A DNA stretch of 63,999 nucleotides, the filler included, from Lenisia limosa (Eukaryota > Protista > Breviatea), in the NCBI GenBank assembly GCA_001655205.1. It is 15 parts of 15 records of this genome, joined end to end, with 100 filler letters (N's around TTAATTAATTAA, not from the genome) between each part and the next. Parts side by side here need not be neighbours in the genome. Positions count along the whole stretch, not along the records: positions 13,759 to 22,703 come from LPNZ01011547.1; positions 22,804 to 26,702 come from LPNZ01008758.1; positions 26,803 to 40,431 come from LPNZ01004551.1; 12 more parts are not named here. The stretch is one strand, 5' to 3'. A program made the position numbers and the translations under genes. The notes beneath the pieces were generated by a model. The model had not been told where the DNA came from and made no database searches. It saw only the letters and a list, made by a program, of their open reading frames with translations. The stretch's first letter is position 1. The number at the start of each line of letters is the position of its first letter. Shown one piece after another: positions 13,715 to 27,883 of this stretch.

Positions 13715-15581
13715 NNNNNNNNNNNNNNNNNNNNNNNNNNNNNNNNNNNNNNNNNNNNTGTCCGAGTGAGGTTAGTATTCAACTTGTACTTGTGAAAAAG
13801 GGTCTTTCAAAGAAAAAATCCAACAAAAAGGCAACCCGGGCCGCGGGCCAGAATTTTTTAAAAAGTGGACACGGTCATGTCCCCCCACCTATGTATATAC
13901 TATAATTCATTCCATTCAACTTGTTGGATTCAGCCACCCTTCTACCACTAGCTCACTAATTAGCCTCTACGTTGGGCTGGGAAGCCATCAGTGCCAGGTA
14001 TTCAAGTACTAAGTCGCTTTGGAAGCAACTTATCAAGATATTATGTGAAGCAATATAATTGGTTTTGTTCAAATGAGTAGCTCTATTTTATTCCAACCAC
14101 TATGTACCGAATCAAATGGAAGCCGTTCGTTCAAATAAAAAACGTCGGCCTTGCTGCTATTCAATCGCTGATTTCCAAGAATGTCACGAGGAAGATTTTG
14201 GAAATAACTTAACACCTCACTACCAGTGAAATAATCTAGACTTTGAGATCCACCAGTGACAGATATCAAATCAATGTCTACGCTAAAATTAAGCGAAAAA
14301 AGCGGGATTGTTGGAAACCTAAATATATACATGACCACTCAAATGGCAGCAGCAGGCACATATTTTTGATTTGGCCGTGATGTCACTCTGTGACCTGGGG
14401 TCTTGAAGTCCAAATAAGTCCACTGGTTTGTTGTGGAGGACCTTGGGTCCCAAAACCTTCATGGAATTCACATTCACCAAAGTATCACGAAAATTGGGGT
14501 ATATGCTCCAACCATATTTCGAATACTACGGGGCTATGGGATATTTATCAAACTGAAACCGTTGACACCATCACACAAATGGGATATCTTTTACATTTAT
14601 GTTATTAATTCACCAAATCATTTGCCTTACTCTGTCTACATAGAGCTTTTTGCCTGCCTCCCCATCGTATCATATACTTTTATACATGTTCTATCATATG
14701 TTGAATATCTTCGGATTGCCTTTGCTGTTTTTTTCTTCACACAACACCATATCACCATGAAAGCAGAACCCGGATGAAAATCAGCATAATAAATATAAAC
14801 AACTGTATGTTACCTAGGAAACCATTAAATAGAAACAGAGAAATGGACAAAAAAACAAACAAATTTGACAAAATGGACATTAGAGACTTAAATATCGGAA
14901 AAGTCACTCATCGAGAATAAAGTCGGAGAGCTATACAGTTACAGACAGAATGTTAAATACTCAGTTTTTCGGCTGCATCCGACTTACCACTTGCGAAAGG
15001 TTAGCAGAAGAGCCGTTTTTGAGGGTAGAGTATAATGAGGTGGTAGACTACGGGTGAGAGGGGGGGGGGGGNNNNNNNNNNNNNNNNNNNNNNNNNNNNN
15101 NNNNNNNNNNNNNNNNNNNNNNNNNNNNNNNNNNNNNNNNNNNNNNNNNNNNNNNNACGAACCGAATAATCTAAAACTCCAAACAAAAAACATAAAACAC
15201 GAGCAACCGCAAAAAACTACAAAAGCATCACCTAGACTTGAGTAAATTTGGATGAAATAATCATCAAAACTTAAGTAATTTGTATGCAAAAAACCAAACT
15301 GAAGTAAATTTGGGTGCTAATATCACCGCAACTCCAGTAAATTTGAATGTAATAATTCCCCCCGTGCGCAGCCCACAAAAGTTGAGGGGATATGAGCCAT
15401 TGACTTGGTCCTGGCTGGCATAATGCCGGTGAGAGCTTTGATGCCCATTGACTGTTGCCTGCGGGGGGTGTGAGGGCTGACAGTAATTGACATGATCAAA
15501 ATCTGTAAAATCTATTGCAAACATTAAAAAAACAAAAGGGGGTTTGAAACTAATAATTAAAAAATAAAAAGTATAAATTAC

Positions 15582-17820
15582 CTCCCCACTGTATCCAGTA
15601 CTGCTTGTTGATCTCGAGGTTGTCCACAATGGATTCGTCTCGACTAGCTTCCACCCAGGCGTCAAACAGGGGCTAGGGGAGTAAAATTGGAAAATTTATG
15701 AAACAAAAAAAAAACCCCAAATCAACTCTTTTGGCTGACATCACACGAGGGTTGAGAACAACANNNNNNNNNNNNNNNNNNNNNNNNNNNNNNNNNNNNN
15801 NNNNNNNNNNNNNNNNNNNNNNNNNNNNNNNNNNNNNNNNNNNNNNNNNNNNNNNNNNNNNNNNNNNNNNNNNNNNNNNNNNNNNNNNNNNNNNNNNNNN
15901 NNNNNNNNNNNNNNNNNNNNNNNNNNNNNNNNNNNNNNNNNNNNNNNNNNNNNNNNNNNNNNNNNNNNNNNNNNNNNNNATGTCCATCAACGTCCTGTCC
16001 ATGAAGGGGCTGACTGGGATGCCTTTTTTGAGTTCAGCGTCGCCTTGGAGGAAAAACTCCGAGTTGATTCGCTACAAAGAAATTACGCCGTTAAGATGTA
16101 AATATATGATGCATTGACTATTGAATTAAAATAACTTCACCATAGTGCTATATACAGTGACCAGGTCTTGACCATTTTTTTTTGGGAAATCATATTGATC
16201 AAGACTGATCCCGGTTACTGTACAGATGTAAGCGTCAAAAACACCCCACTCACCGAGGTCCACTGAACGGTGGATTCTATGTCTTTGGCCACGTGTCCAA
16301 TATCCGCAACCTACAGAAAATTTATGAAACCAAACAAAAAAAGCCCAAATCAGGATCAGGGGAGTAAAGTGTATGGTGAGGCAGTAAAGGGTAGAAAAAA
16401 AAAAACATCAAGCAAATGAATCAAAACCCACCTTCATTGCCATTTTTAAGAGATTCAGCTTTTGGTGCGTGTGGGATACCTCAAATTTGTCTAAAAGATG
16501 AATCTTTCAAAGTACAAAACCAGAAACAAAAGAGATTGCACGAGAGTACGGCCTCCACCCGGGTACCTTTGTTGAGCCCGGTTGTCTCTCTAAACTCATT
16601 GATGACCGAGAAATGTCGAACCATATCTAGAACATAAAATGAGTTAACAACGATTCAACAAGCAGTCGGGTATTTGACAATTTCAGAAGACAAAAGAGCC
16701 CCTGTGAGAGAAGTAAACCCCATAAATAAGTGTAGATTTCCTGTACCCCCATACCAGTATCAAGGACCAGTTCAATAATCATATTTCGAATCTGAAAACG
16801 TGAGATATTTCTAAAACATATCATATCCTGAGTTTGTGTCCAGAGAAGACTTTTCGGTATAATATTTTCTAAAAACACAGGCCTCACTTTTCCCTCAACA
16901 AAAAAATTCACTTTTTCCAAAAATTTATCCTTTCAGACCCCGACCAAATTACCCCCCCCCCCCNNNNNNNNNNNNNNNNNNNNNNNNNNNNNNNNNNNNN
17001 NNNNNNNNNNNNNNNNNNNNNNNNNNNNNNNNNNNNNCTCAGCCACTCTGATGGCGGTTGCCACGTGGTGTCGCTCCATCACGTTCCGGTCGTTGTGCAT
17101 GATGGCTGGGGGGAGGGGTAAATATGAAAGAATGTGTGCAACAAGTAACAACAGCAAAAACAAAGCAAAAAAAACCAACACACACCGAAACCAACTCCGT
17201 AAGAACATGACCCGTCCTACCAAGTTTATCGCGAGTTTCTATCAAGTAAGCGTTGTTGTAACCACGGTGGTCAACGTCATGCACCAAGGCGGCAAAGAGA
17301 CAGACAAAAACTGGGAGGGGGGTAAACGAAGGAAAGTTTATGAAGAATATTGGCGAAAAGGTACTAATCACGAACCCAATAATCTGAAACTCCACAGGGA
17401 GGGGGGGGGGTCAATGCAGGAATACTATTTATAGCATAAAAATATGAAATATAAATAACAAAAATACGTTGGGAGGAGGGAGAGGTGGGGCCAATTCAAT
17501 ATAATCAATAAGAGGCCAACTTTCGGTTCGAGACACATGGACGCGGATATGACTAGCATGAAGCAAGGAGTAAAGAGCGGACATTACGTCCATTGCATGT
17601 TCCTGGTTGTGGTAGGGGTTCGCACGGTAGAGGTCCGATATTCGATCACAAAACAAGCGCTGGGGGAGGGAGTGTAAAATTATGAAAATGACAGTAGAAC
17701 GATAATAGGTCCGGTTAATAAATATGCTCTTGCCAATACTACCTCCATCCTACCATATTAATGCTGCTGATGCGTAGTTCAGGTAATATATCGAGTTTGT
17801 TGAAGAGGAACATAGCCTGG
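15582..17820 (-). CDS. Class I 3',5'-cyclic nucleotide phosphodiesterase catalytic domain (spliced, partial)
   Basis: Exons ANPYHNQEHAMDV, LFAALVHDVDHRGYNNAYL (HD motif), NDRNVMERHHVATA, IRNMIIELVLDT|DMVRHF, VADIGHVAK, RINSEFFLQGDAELKKGIPVSPFMDR, PLFDAWVEASRDESIVDNLEINKQYW. The gene probably extends further upstream. Confidence 0.9.
16155..16220. mobile_element. MITE family D (Tc1/mariner-like CAGT ends, TA-flanked) in a PDE intron
   Basis: TA|CAGTGACC..GTCTTGACC...GATCAAGACTGATCCCGGTTACTG|TA. Related copies: 49443-49467, 50622-50682, 51768-51842, 58440-58515. A variant with CACTGACCGCGATAAGTCCTGAC lies at 56638-56658 and 57259-57385. Confidence 0.82.
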
Positions 17821-20800
17821 GGGTATAAATAATTTAATTCAAGCTGCTTCAATTGTCACAAGGCACTTCGAAGGTAGCCTAATACGAGTGGGGGAGTGAA
17901 ATTGGACAATTTATGAACCAAAAAAAGNNNNNNNNNNNNNNNNNNNNNNNNNNNNNNNNNNNNNNNNNNNNNNNNNNNNNNNNNNNNNNNNNNNNNNNNN
18001 NNNNNNNNNNNNNNNNNNNNNNNNNNNNNNNNNNNNNNNNNNNNNNNNNNNNTTGGAAAGGATAACCTCTGTTTTCACACTAATACTTGACAATACCTCT
18101 TGCAGAAGTCGCCAAAATCCACACGCCCCATACCAGTTCACTGAGTGGTCTTTTGCACTCCTTTGCAAACTCAATAGTCGGTCCAGAGAAGTGCGTCATG
18201 TGGTTCAGGAGCAGTCTGGAGGGATGAGATCAGAAATATCCCAGTGGGTAGGAATAGTTTATTTTTTTGAACAAAAGTAACCAATAATACGAAGATTGAC
18301 CAAGAATTTCTTTTTCGATGTCCCTCGTGAATCATCAAAGACCAGCTTAATACCTTCCATGCGGTGATAAGTCGGGTGTAATGGACCCTCCAGTTGGCTG
18401 CAGGGGTGGCGATTTGATGGAAGACTACACAGTAACGATTTGTGAACCCTGTGTTTATAACACTCTAACACCACCATAAACTTCTCCATACATTGAAGCT
18501 CAGAGTTCGACTGTCCCTGCGGATCTTCCGGGCTAGCTTGCTGTTCTAAAAGGAATTACAACATCCAAACAGGGATTAATAGTACAAAGAAAGAAACCTT
18601 TAAGATCATCCTCCCTTTCGTTCATTAATAGCATTTTAATAGCATGGCTATCCACTGACCTCATCATTTGAGGTGTAGTTCTTGAGAAGCCATGAACGGG
18701 TTTCTTTATCAAAGTCCTGGGGGTGAAAAAGCAGATTAATACTAGCAAGCAACAACTTAAACTTGTTTTATTTGGTGTGACAAAATGTCCCAAATACTTT
18801 GCCTAGTTTCTCCACTTTCTCGAGGGTTGAAGCGACACTCAACTTGGCAGCCAATATCTTGTTCTCCTATATGGTCAGGTTCACACGTCATTTCAACTTA
18901 AAAGCTACTTAAAGAAATAGAATAGTACAATATATCATATCCAATGATGACGATATAAAATATATACCATAGACAATCTGTCAAATATTCCTTTCATTCA
19001 GTTGGCAACACTCACCTGCATCATATGTCGGTGAAGCAAGAACTCATGTCTCAATGACGTGTCGAACCGTCGAAACCCAAATCTAGGTTGTGAAGACAGT
19101 CTCTTTGATATTTGAAGTACTTACACTGAGTGAAATCACCAAACTTTTTTATACCATATTATATCATAATGAGAATTATTTAAAAAAGTTGTATCTGACC
19201 GAGGCTGAGCAGTATTTTTCGGTCCCCCCCCCCCCCNNNNNNNNNNNNNNNNNNNNNNNNNNNNNNNNNNNNNNNNNNNNNNNNNNNNNNNNNNNNNNNN
19301 NNNNNNNNTCCGTCCAGTTCGTCATAGAAGGCATCAGGACGGTCCGCTGGAGGTCGCGGTAAGTTGGGGGTTGAGATTTGAGTGAAGGAGTGTAAGTTGA
19401 GGGACAGTAAGGCTAGATTCGGAGAAGGCTAATGACAAGAATGATGACAATCAATAATGTGAACATTCACATCAAACTAGAGACGGGGTTGAATCAGAAA
19501 TCAAGAAGTGAACATTTACATCAAAGCAGCGACGGAGTTGAATAAGGCATTAAAGGGGGAAGCGGTTTTGAATGATACAAACGACGTATTAAAACAAGTA
19601 CTCTACACCCCATTGCCATACCTAAATGAAAGAGAACGACAAGATAGACACACATGGCCCATAGCGTGATAGAGGTACTTCTAAAGAGGTTACTGGTGAA
19701 GAAACCTTTGTTAATCGGGATTTTCTTTCAAGTTTATGTACAATTCAAACTTAGCAAGCGAATGCATCCCTCGCCCAACTTGTAAAGAACTTGGAAGGCA
19801 AGAGGACCAAGCAATGTACAGAGGGGGTACAAAACAACCTGAACAAATTAACCAGTCAATTCGAATGACCACATTTATTGGGCAATCAATCACTTACCTA
19901 ACAACTCTATATAATCCAATATATCCACATTTCCGCTCACATAGTGGGCACTTGTGTCAGACGCGTTGTCTTCAGTTTCGTCGGAGTAGAGCGGGAAGAG
20001 ACCTGTGAAGAGGCTATGAAACCCAAGTGTGGCAAAGGCGAAATGCAATGAGATTAGTTTCAATGCCAATTGGATTGGATGTAGTGGAGTAACTACCAAG
20101 GGGCGTTGGACGGGTGTGTTGAATTGAGTGGCTTGAGAGGCATATATAGAGATGTCATTGAACAAGGAATTCATTGAGGGCGGCACATCAAAACAAAAAA
20201 ATTCACTGAGAGCACCACCAAAGCTAATTTCAGGTTCATGCTTACTTGCAATGAGAAGGAACAGACTGTTGAGAGGGAGAAAAATTTGGTAGTAGCGGAC
20301 AACTACAAGAGTGAATCGGGTTTCATGGAACTAGGAGAGTCCTGACAGGGGCTTCACTTTCGAAAAAGTCAGGTACAATATCGATGTTTTCGAGGATTTA
20401 TCGAGAAATTCAGTCTTTTTTCGAACCGAAGTGAAGCCCCCCCCCCCCNNNNNNNNNNNNNNNNNNNNNNNNNNNNNNNNNNNNNNNNNNNNNNNNNNNN
20501 NNNNNNNNNNNNNNNNNNNNNNNNNNNNNNNNNNNNNNNNNNNNNNNNNGCAAAAGCCGAAAGCATCAAAAAGCTGGTATGTCAGGAATGAGTGTGGCTT
20601 TGAACTCATACCGAGTATCTCGATTTACCCAATATAACTGTTTTTTGGGGGTCAAGAAGGGGTATTGAGTCTTTTGAAAAAAGTCTTGAGAAAACCATTA
20701 TACCTAGGTCTTCCCACGGACCCAAAAAAGACATTATTTCTCGATAAATTTTCGATATATCAATATTTTTTCGGTCTTTTCGAACGGTAGGGAAGCCCTA

Positions 20801-22668
20801 CTTGTGTCCCCTCCAGCCAACCTGATGGCGTAGATTGAAGCAAGTTCGCCTGCCACTGAGCGATAGAGCACATTGAGTGTGATAAGGAAGCTGAGAATGG
20901 CCACAAGCTGTTGGGGGGGGGGGGGGGGTNNNNNNNNNNNNNNNNNNNNNNNNNNNNNNNNNNNNNNNNNNNNNNNNNNNNNNNNNNNNNNNNNNNNNAA
21001 GAAACCTGACTGCCATTTTTAAGTGAAGGTGGTGAAAAAGGTTGGTGAATATAAGATAACAAGGTAGCTTCGTGAAATCTTAAAACAACTTTCAATAAAA
21101 ACATATGATGTTCACTAATTAAAACAAAGCAAGAAGTGGAAGGGGGAGTGAGAAATGAAGGTCAATATTTACGTATCATACATAATACCGGATCAGAAGA
21201 TATGAAGATGAAGGTAGAAGAATTTTGTGAGATCATGCTCTCACCTTGGTCATCTTCGGGATATAGCCGCGGATCTTGGTCTTAACGGTGAGACTAACTC
21301 AAAAGAGGAGCAGAACCATTGAAACCCTCATCGAAGCAACACAGATATTATTCCACCCTCTTACCAGATGAAACACTTTGAAATCATACTCCAGCTTCGA
21401 GTTCTTAAACTCGTTGAACAGGTTTTGCGGAGACATTGTTACCTTAGTCATCTCAGAGGCGCTATAAGCCGCGCTCTCGCTGGAGGTAGACGCTGTGACT
21501 CCCCTCAGTGACCCTGGAGTCGACAAGTTGCCTCTAAAAGAGAACGTTAAATGTATATAGAGTGTAGATGCGCGAGAAGGTGTTGAAAGAGAAATTCCTG
21601 CAAAAAAGAAGAGCAATATTTTGGAATTTACTCGCGTGAATGGAGTTTAATAATAAATTTGATGGGAATAAGCTAGAGGTAGGGCATTAGGATGCCTGTG
21701 GAAAGGAGAAGACTTGAAGATTAACCTACCTGCTCATTGTTGACGCCGTTTTGGCAGTTTCTGCCATAGAATGGGCTGGAGTAAGTCTATCTACTCCCAT
21801 GCTGAAGACAAAAAGCCTCTGGTTCTTAGCTGTTTACATACTCAATCTTGCTGCTGCTTCCTATGTAAAGTCTTGCTGTCGATAAAACACAACTATCCCG
21901 CGATAATATAAAACGAAATAAAAAATGGATCAGAAAAATTCCTCAAACAGCTGGCTGGCACGTGCCTTGTCAATCAACTTTTGCCTACTCCATTTCCTGT
22001 TGTTTCATCCCATTTTCCCAACCAGCACGTTGCCAGTACATCACCACATCTCCTCCCCTGCCCACTCTAACTACACTCTTCTTGCACTCTTCTTTTGCTC
22101 TTCTTACCTTATTACCACATTGCCACAAGAAGAAAATAAACACACGAAATAAAGATTAAGAAGTACTGTCTTTGTGAATTTTTTGGTGTGATTCATTTGG
22201 TCTTCAGTCGGTCTAATTCGACATGGACCTGGGGCGACAATTGGGCAGCATGGATTTTTGGGTCCCAATAAACGCTAACATTCCACTCCATACAATATTA
22301 CATCAACCATATCACCATCACCATACATAACACTCAGGCTAGGCTGCCAAGGCTTCGTTGACCTAGATGATGAGCAAAATGACAACAACTATTTCAAAGA
22401 GCTTTCATTGCTACGTTTATACAAAAACTTTCTTCAAAACCCCCTTCGTACTTTGTCAAGACAAGACTGAACTTCTGCCACCACAGATTCATCACGGTAC
22501 TCGGCCTTTTTGATGGTACTCCTCAGCTTCATGCGCAGACTTCTGAGGCCCTTGTTGTCGTTGATCTGAAGAGTAAATGTACGGAATGTCAACATTTTTC
22601 CCTTTGGGAATACCACTCGGACTTTTTCACGAAAAGAATATCACATGTATATATATATCATATTATAT

Positions 22669-22670
<2 letters not shown>

Positions 22671-22703
<33 letters not shown>
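22671..22703. repeat. (AC)n microsatellite at a scaffold end
   Basis: About 16 uninterrupted AC units running into the gap. Confidence 0.95.
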
Positions 22704-22803
22704 NNNNNNNNNNNNNNNNNNNNNNNNNNNNNNNNNNNNNNNNNNNNTTAATTAATTAANNNNNNNNNNNNNNNNNNNNNNNNNNNNNNNNNNNNNNNNN
22801 NNN

Positions 22804-23592
22804 TTCCAGAATCCGTCCCGAGGCCACTGGCTACGGTACCGTCTACTACGCCGAGCATTGCCTCAACGTTTGTGGATGAAATGAAGACTCTTTCCCTCTT
22901 TTTCTTATTTTTTTAAAAAAGCAATATTTTAAATCTATTTTATTTGTTTACTCTGTTCTAGGGCATTGGCAAGGACTTCAAGGGCAAGATTGTGACCCTC
23001 TCCGGCTCCGGCAACGTCGCCCAGTACGCCACCGAGAAGCTCATTGAGCTCGGCGCCAAGGCCGTCACCATGTCCGACTCTTCCGGATACGTCCACGAGC
23101 CCGAAGGTTTCACCACCGAGCAGCTCTCTTTCATCATGGACCTCAAGAACGTCAAGCGCGGCCGCATCTCCGAGTACGCCAAGTTCTCCAAGACCGCCAG
23201 TTTCCACGCTGGTGTCCGCCCATGGGAGGTCAAGTGCGACGTCGCTCTTCCCTGCGCCACNNNNNNNNNNCATCTGCGTTGCTGAGGGCGCCAACATGCC
23301 TTCCGACCCCGAGGCCATCGCCGTCTACCATGCCAACAAGATCGTCTTCGGCCCCGCCAAGGCTGCCAACGCTGGTGGTGTCGCTGTTTCCGGTCTCGAG
23401 ATGTCTCAGAACTCTGAGCGTCTCCGCTGGACTCGCGAGGAGGTCGACAGCAAGCTCAAGGGCATCATGAAGGGCATCTACGAGGCCTGCGACAAATACG
23501 CCAAGGAGTACAACACCCACCTCCAGGCTGGTGCCAACATGGCTGGCTTCATCAAGGTTGCCGACTCCATGATCGACCAGGGCTGCATCTAA
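22804..23592 (+). CDS. gdhA: NADP-dependent glutamate dehydrogenase, C-terminal half (one intron at 22868-22961; short N gap at 23261-23270)
   Basis: [10 protein letters not shown]..., intron gtttgt...ttctag, then [27 protein letters not shown]..., [53 protein letters not shown], stop at 23590-23592. Confidence 0.93.
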
Positions 23593-23885
23593 GCTATCTT
23601 CTCTTCGTTTTTTCGTTGATGAATTTTATAATAATTTTTGTGTCTGTTTCCTTAACATTTTTTTGACCCATAAATGTATCTATATTAAATGTGAACTTAT
23701 TAATAGCAAAAGAAAGGGTGGTGACACTTGTATTGAATATTTGCATCTAAATCTAATCTATCTTCTCATTTTAAAAGGAGTCAACTTGTGCCATATAAAA
23801 GCACAAAAGCACCTTTGGAAGAATTATCACACAACAGAAAGAAAGAAATAAGTGGTGACACTTGTATTGAAAAACGTACTCTGAT

Positions 23886-24603
<718 letters not shown>

Positions 24604-24873
24604 TTTCTACTTTATTTCAATATAGAAGTATATACAACTCTTGTTTTGATGCCAAATATGCTTGACTTTTTCGACAACAAGAATTCACGAAAAAGGGGTA
24701 TTTACTGGGGTGTTTATATATCCTTCTTTCAAATTTTTTTTTGTTTCTCCGAGAAAACGAGAAAAACAGCTTCTTTCAGTATCCCTTTGTCTAGTGCATA
24801 CGTTTTTGCATTTTGTTGGAGTGTAGAGAGTTCCTTGATTTTTTCTGCTTTTCATTTCGTGAAGACCGTCAAC

Positions 24874-26630
24874 ATGAGCGATTTTGGTTGGTTAGGGCTA
24901 ATTATATCCTCTTTTACTTTGATTGGGTTTGAAATTCCAGAATGACCTTTGTTTTTTTTTATTCTTCTGTCTTTTTATTGCCTGAATTTGCGAGAGCTGA
25001 GTAACACTGAGTCTAAATTAAGAAAACTTGATTAATACTCGCCTCTTAGACGACACTGTGTCTCATACTGAGGAATACGTGACTGAAAACAGCAACGTGG
25101 CTTCCGGTAACGTTAAACACGACTTTATAGCAATAACAAACAATTAGACGCTGAAGAAGAGAAATTGGAAACAACTCATGAAGCTGAAGTTTCTTCTGCT
25201 CCAGCCAGAGAGGTATTTAACCCGTTAATAGTTTTAAAATTGACAAACAATCAGATTGACCCACTTGCGGTCTTCCTGAAGGGTGTTCCTTCCAACCTCC
25301 TTGACAAACAGGTTTGCAGACCTCTTCGGCGATCAGCTTCTCATTATGCATTTGTCAAGGGACATTAATTATGCCCACATCTGATCGATTAGCTCACCTG
25401 GGAGATCGAGCGGCTTTCCGGAGAAATCGTGGAAAGTGTCGAGATCTTCAACAACTCAAAGGGTGGCGTGAGCTGTGCCACAGCACGGTTCGCTGACGAG
25501 GAGTCTTGCTCACGTGCGCGCGAAGAGCTGGCGTCGACTTGCATTCTTGTGGGCTTACGGGACTGTTGGTTAATCAACGGTACATACATTCCGGTTTGAT
25601 TGAATTGGAGAACTTGGAACATCATTCCCCGTTTTTTAGATTTCGCATGCAAAAAATGTGTTTAATAATGTATAATTGGATGAACCAATTTTTCAGCAGA
25701 ATGAGAATGGGGGTGGTATTTCTTGAAGGGTTGATGATAGTGGAAAACAGAATTGGGAGTATTGTTTTGTGATTCTAGTAGCTGCTTACGGATTTAGAAA
25801 TTAATCACATGTTCTAGGGTTTCAGGGAGGGTTATAACATGGGGTGTGCACTCTTTGTTTGTATAGTTCCACATTGCTTTGCGTAGCATTGCTATCATCA
25901 TCATTTCCCTCACCTGGTTTCAAATCTTCTACCAGAGGAAATTTACACTCATTACATTTCCGTGTTCTTCATCTCTATACAATCGTGCATTTGAAATGAA
26001 AGCATCATCAATACGTTTTGGCAGATTAACACATGCATTGAAAACAAGGAAAAGGGACATGCTCTTGACTTATCGCCTTTTCTTTAAGTTGCATAAATTG
26101 GTCTCTTCAATCTTATTAGAGGTGGTCTTTTCTTGTTTGTCTAGTTAGATGCATCTAAACAATTCTGCGAAATAATCCCCTTTTGTTGGACTGTCCACAA
26201 GGTCTAGTTTTTGCTTATTTCTAGGACTTTATGCATTTAATAGAGCAACTAATTGTGAATGTTTTGGCACATATCGATATATGTATTTCAACTAAAACCC
26301 CTTTTCAGACACTATATTTTCAAGTTTAAGCAATTAATTTCTTGAAAATCTTACTTATTTCTTAGGGAAGCGACGTGGTGGCAGACCAAGCCTACGTCCG
26401 TCGTGATAAACCCGAGAAGAAGGAGAAGAAGAAGGAGAAGAAGGAAAAGACTGAGAAGAAGAAGCAGGAGAAGAAACAAGAGAAGAAGGTGGGGTGACGA
26501 AGGGCCTACCTAACAGTTTTTTTTCCATATTACATAAGCCTTACTTAAAAAAACAACGCATTTTCTTAATCTTTTTAGAGTCCCAAGATCACCTACGGCA
26601 GAGCTACCGAGCCATCTTATGATGTCATTG
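24874..26630 (+). CDS. Probable RRM-containing protein with a Lys/Glu-rich linker (spliced, partial)
   Basis: Exons IDPLAVFLKGVP (RNP2-like), EIVESVEIFNNSKGGVSCATARFADEESCSRAREEL (RNP1-like, degenerate) and EKKEKKKEKKEKTEKKKQEKK. Confidence 0.5.
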
Positions 26631-26934
26631 TGAGTGGCTCATGGCAAGACTCTAACCACCCTTCCCCCTGATGGGATGCGGTGCTGCAGAAGCGACTGGT
26701 CTNNNNNNNNNNNNNNNNNNNNNNNNNNNNNNNNNNNNNNNNNNNNTTAATTAATTAANNNNNNNNNNNNNNNNNNNNNNNNNNNNNNNNNNNNNNNNNN
26801 NNACACAAGGGTTGATAACAACAAAACTAACAAAGGCCAGGCCGGTCGCTTAAAAGGGGGTAAAGGGGACCTTGAAAACAGAAAAGCAAAATAAGGCAGG
26901 AAGTATTATAGCATTAGAACACTCCTCTGCACAC

Positions 26935-27883
26935 CTTTCCGGACTGGAGGGTCAGGATCTTGGGGTTGCAGTAGAGGTCAACATTGGACACGTGGTCGTA
27001 CTCCATTGTAGCACCACAGGTCTCGGCTTGCTTCTGCATAGTCTGGAGGGGGTGAGAAAGCAAAATCGAGAAGCATCCCCCGTTCGGAATGGAAGAGAGT
27101 AATTTGTCACTCTCCGATTAAACACAGGTTTGGTGCTGGGTTGAGAGGCATCCTAATCATAGTACAAAGTATTCTTCCCAACCCATATTCAAGCAGATGG
27201 AAATGAAGAATAATAATAAAAGAAAGGTACTTCAAAATGAAACTACCCGATAATGGTACTTCAGATGAAACTACCCGATATCACAAAAATTCAACAAATA
27301 TGGATGTTAACGAAGCACAAAGAAAAACGACACTCCAGAGGTCCAAAGAGACAAGAGCCTTTGTCAACAAGAAAGAAAAACAAACAAACACTGACCTGTT
27401 TTAGACGAAAAACAAGAGAGGTGTGAAAAGCTTTTTGTTGTCTCAGCTTTTATCTTAAAAAAAAAGAAAACAGTTTTAAAACAAAATCAAAATCCCCAGT
27501 AAATTGATGATATGTATATGTGGAGAAAAACACAATGCACTCTGAAACCCTATAAACACATTATACATTATAAAATCACCAATAAAAGAGCGAGTCTGTG
27601 ATGGTCGAAGAGATACGATTGATTCGAAAGAGAATCCAAGGCCATAGTTACCTCAATTAAGGTATTTGCGTCTCCCTCAAATCCAGGAAAGTTCTCAATA
27701 TCCGTAGTTTGGGTCAAAAGTCCACCTACACCGCCTGTAAGAGGAAGGCTGAAAGACTCTTCACCAACCAGGCATATTTCCGTGGAGCACGAGTGGCTTG
27801 AGGTTAGCACGGCCAGTGTAGATGGCAGCAGAAAGGCCAGCGGGGCCACTTCCGAGGATAACAACATTTTCGACATCAACCAT
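26935..27883 (-). CDS. trxB: Low-molecular-weight (bacterial/fungal/plant-type) thioredoxin reductase, N-terminal three exons
   Basis: [38 protein letters not shown]|[25 protein letters not shown]|[23 protein letters not shown]. Introns are 43 nt (27726-27768) and about 600 nt. The scaffold ends in a repeat. Confidence 0.92.
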
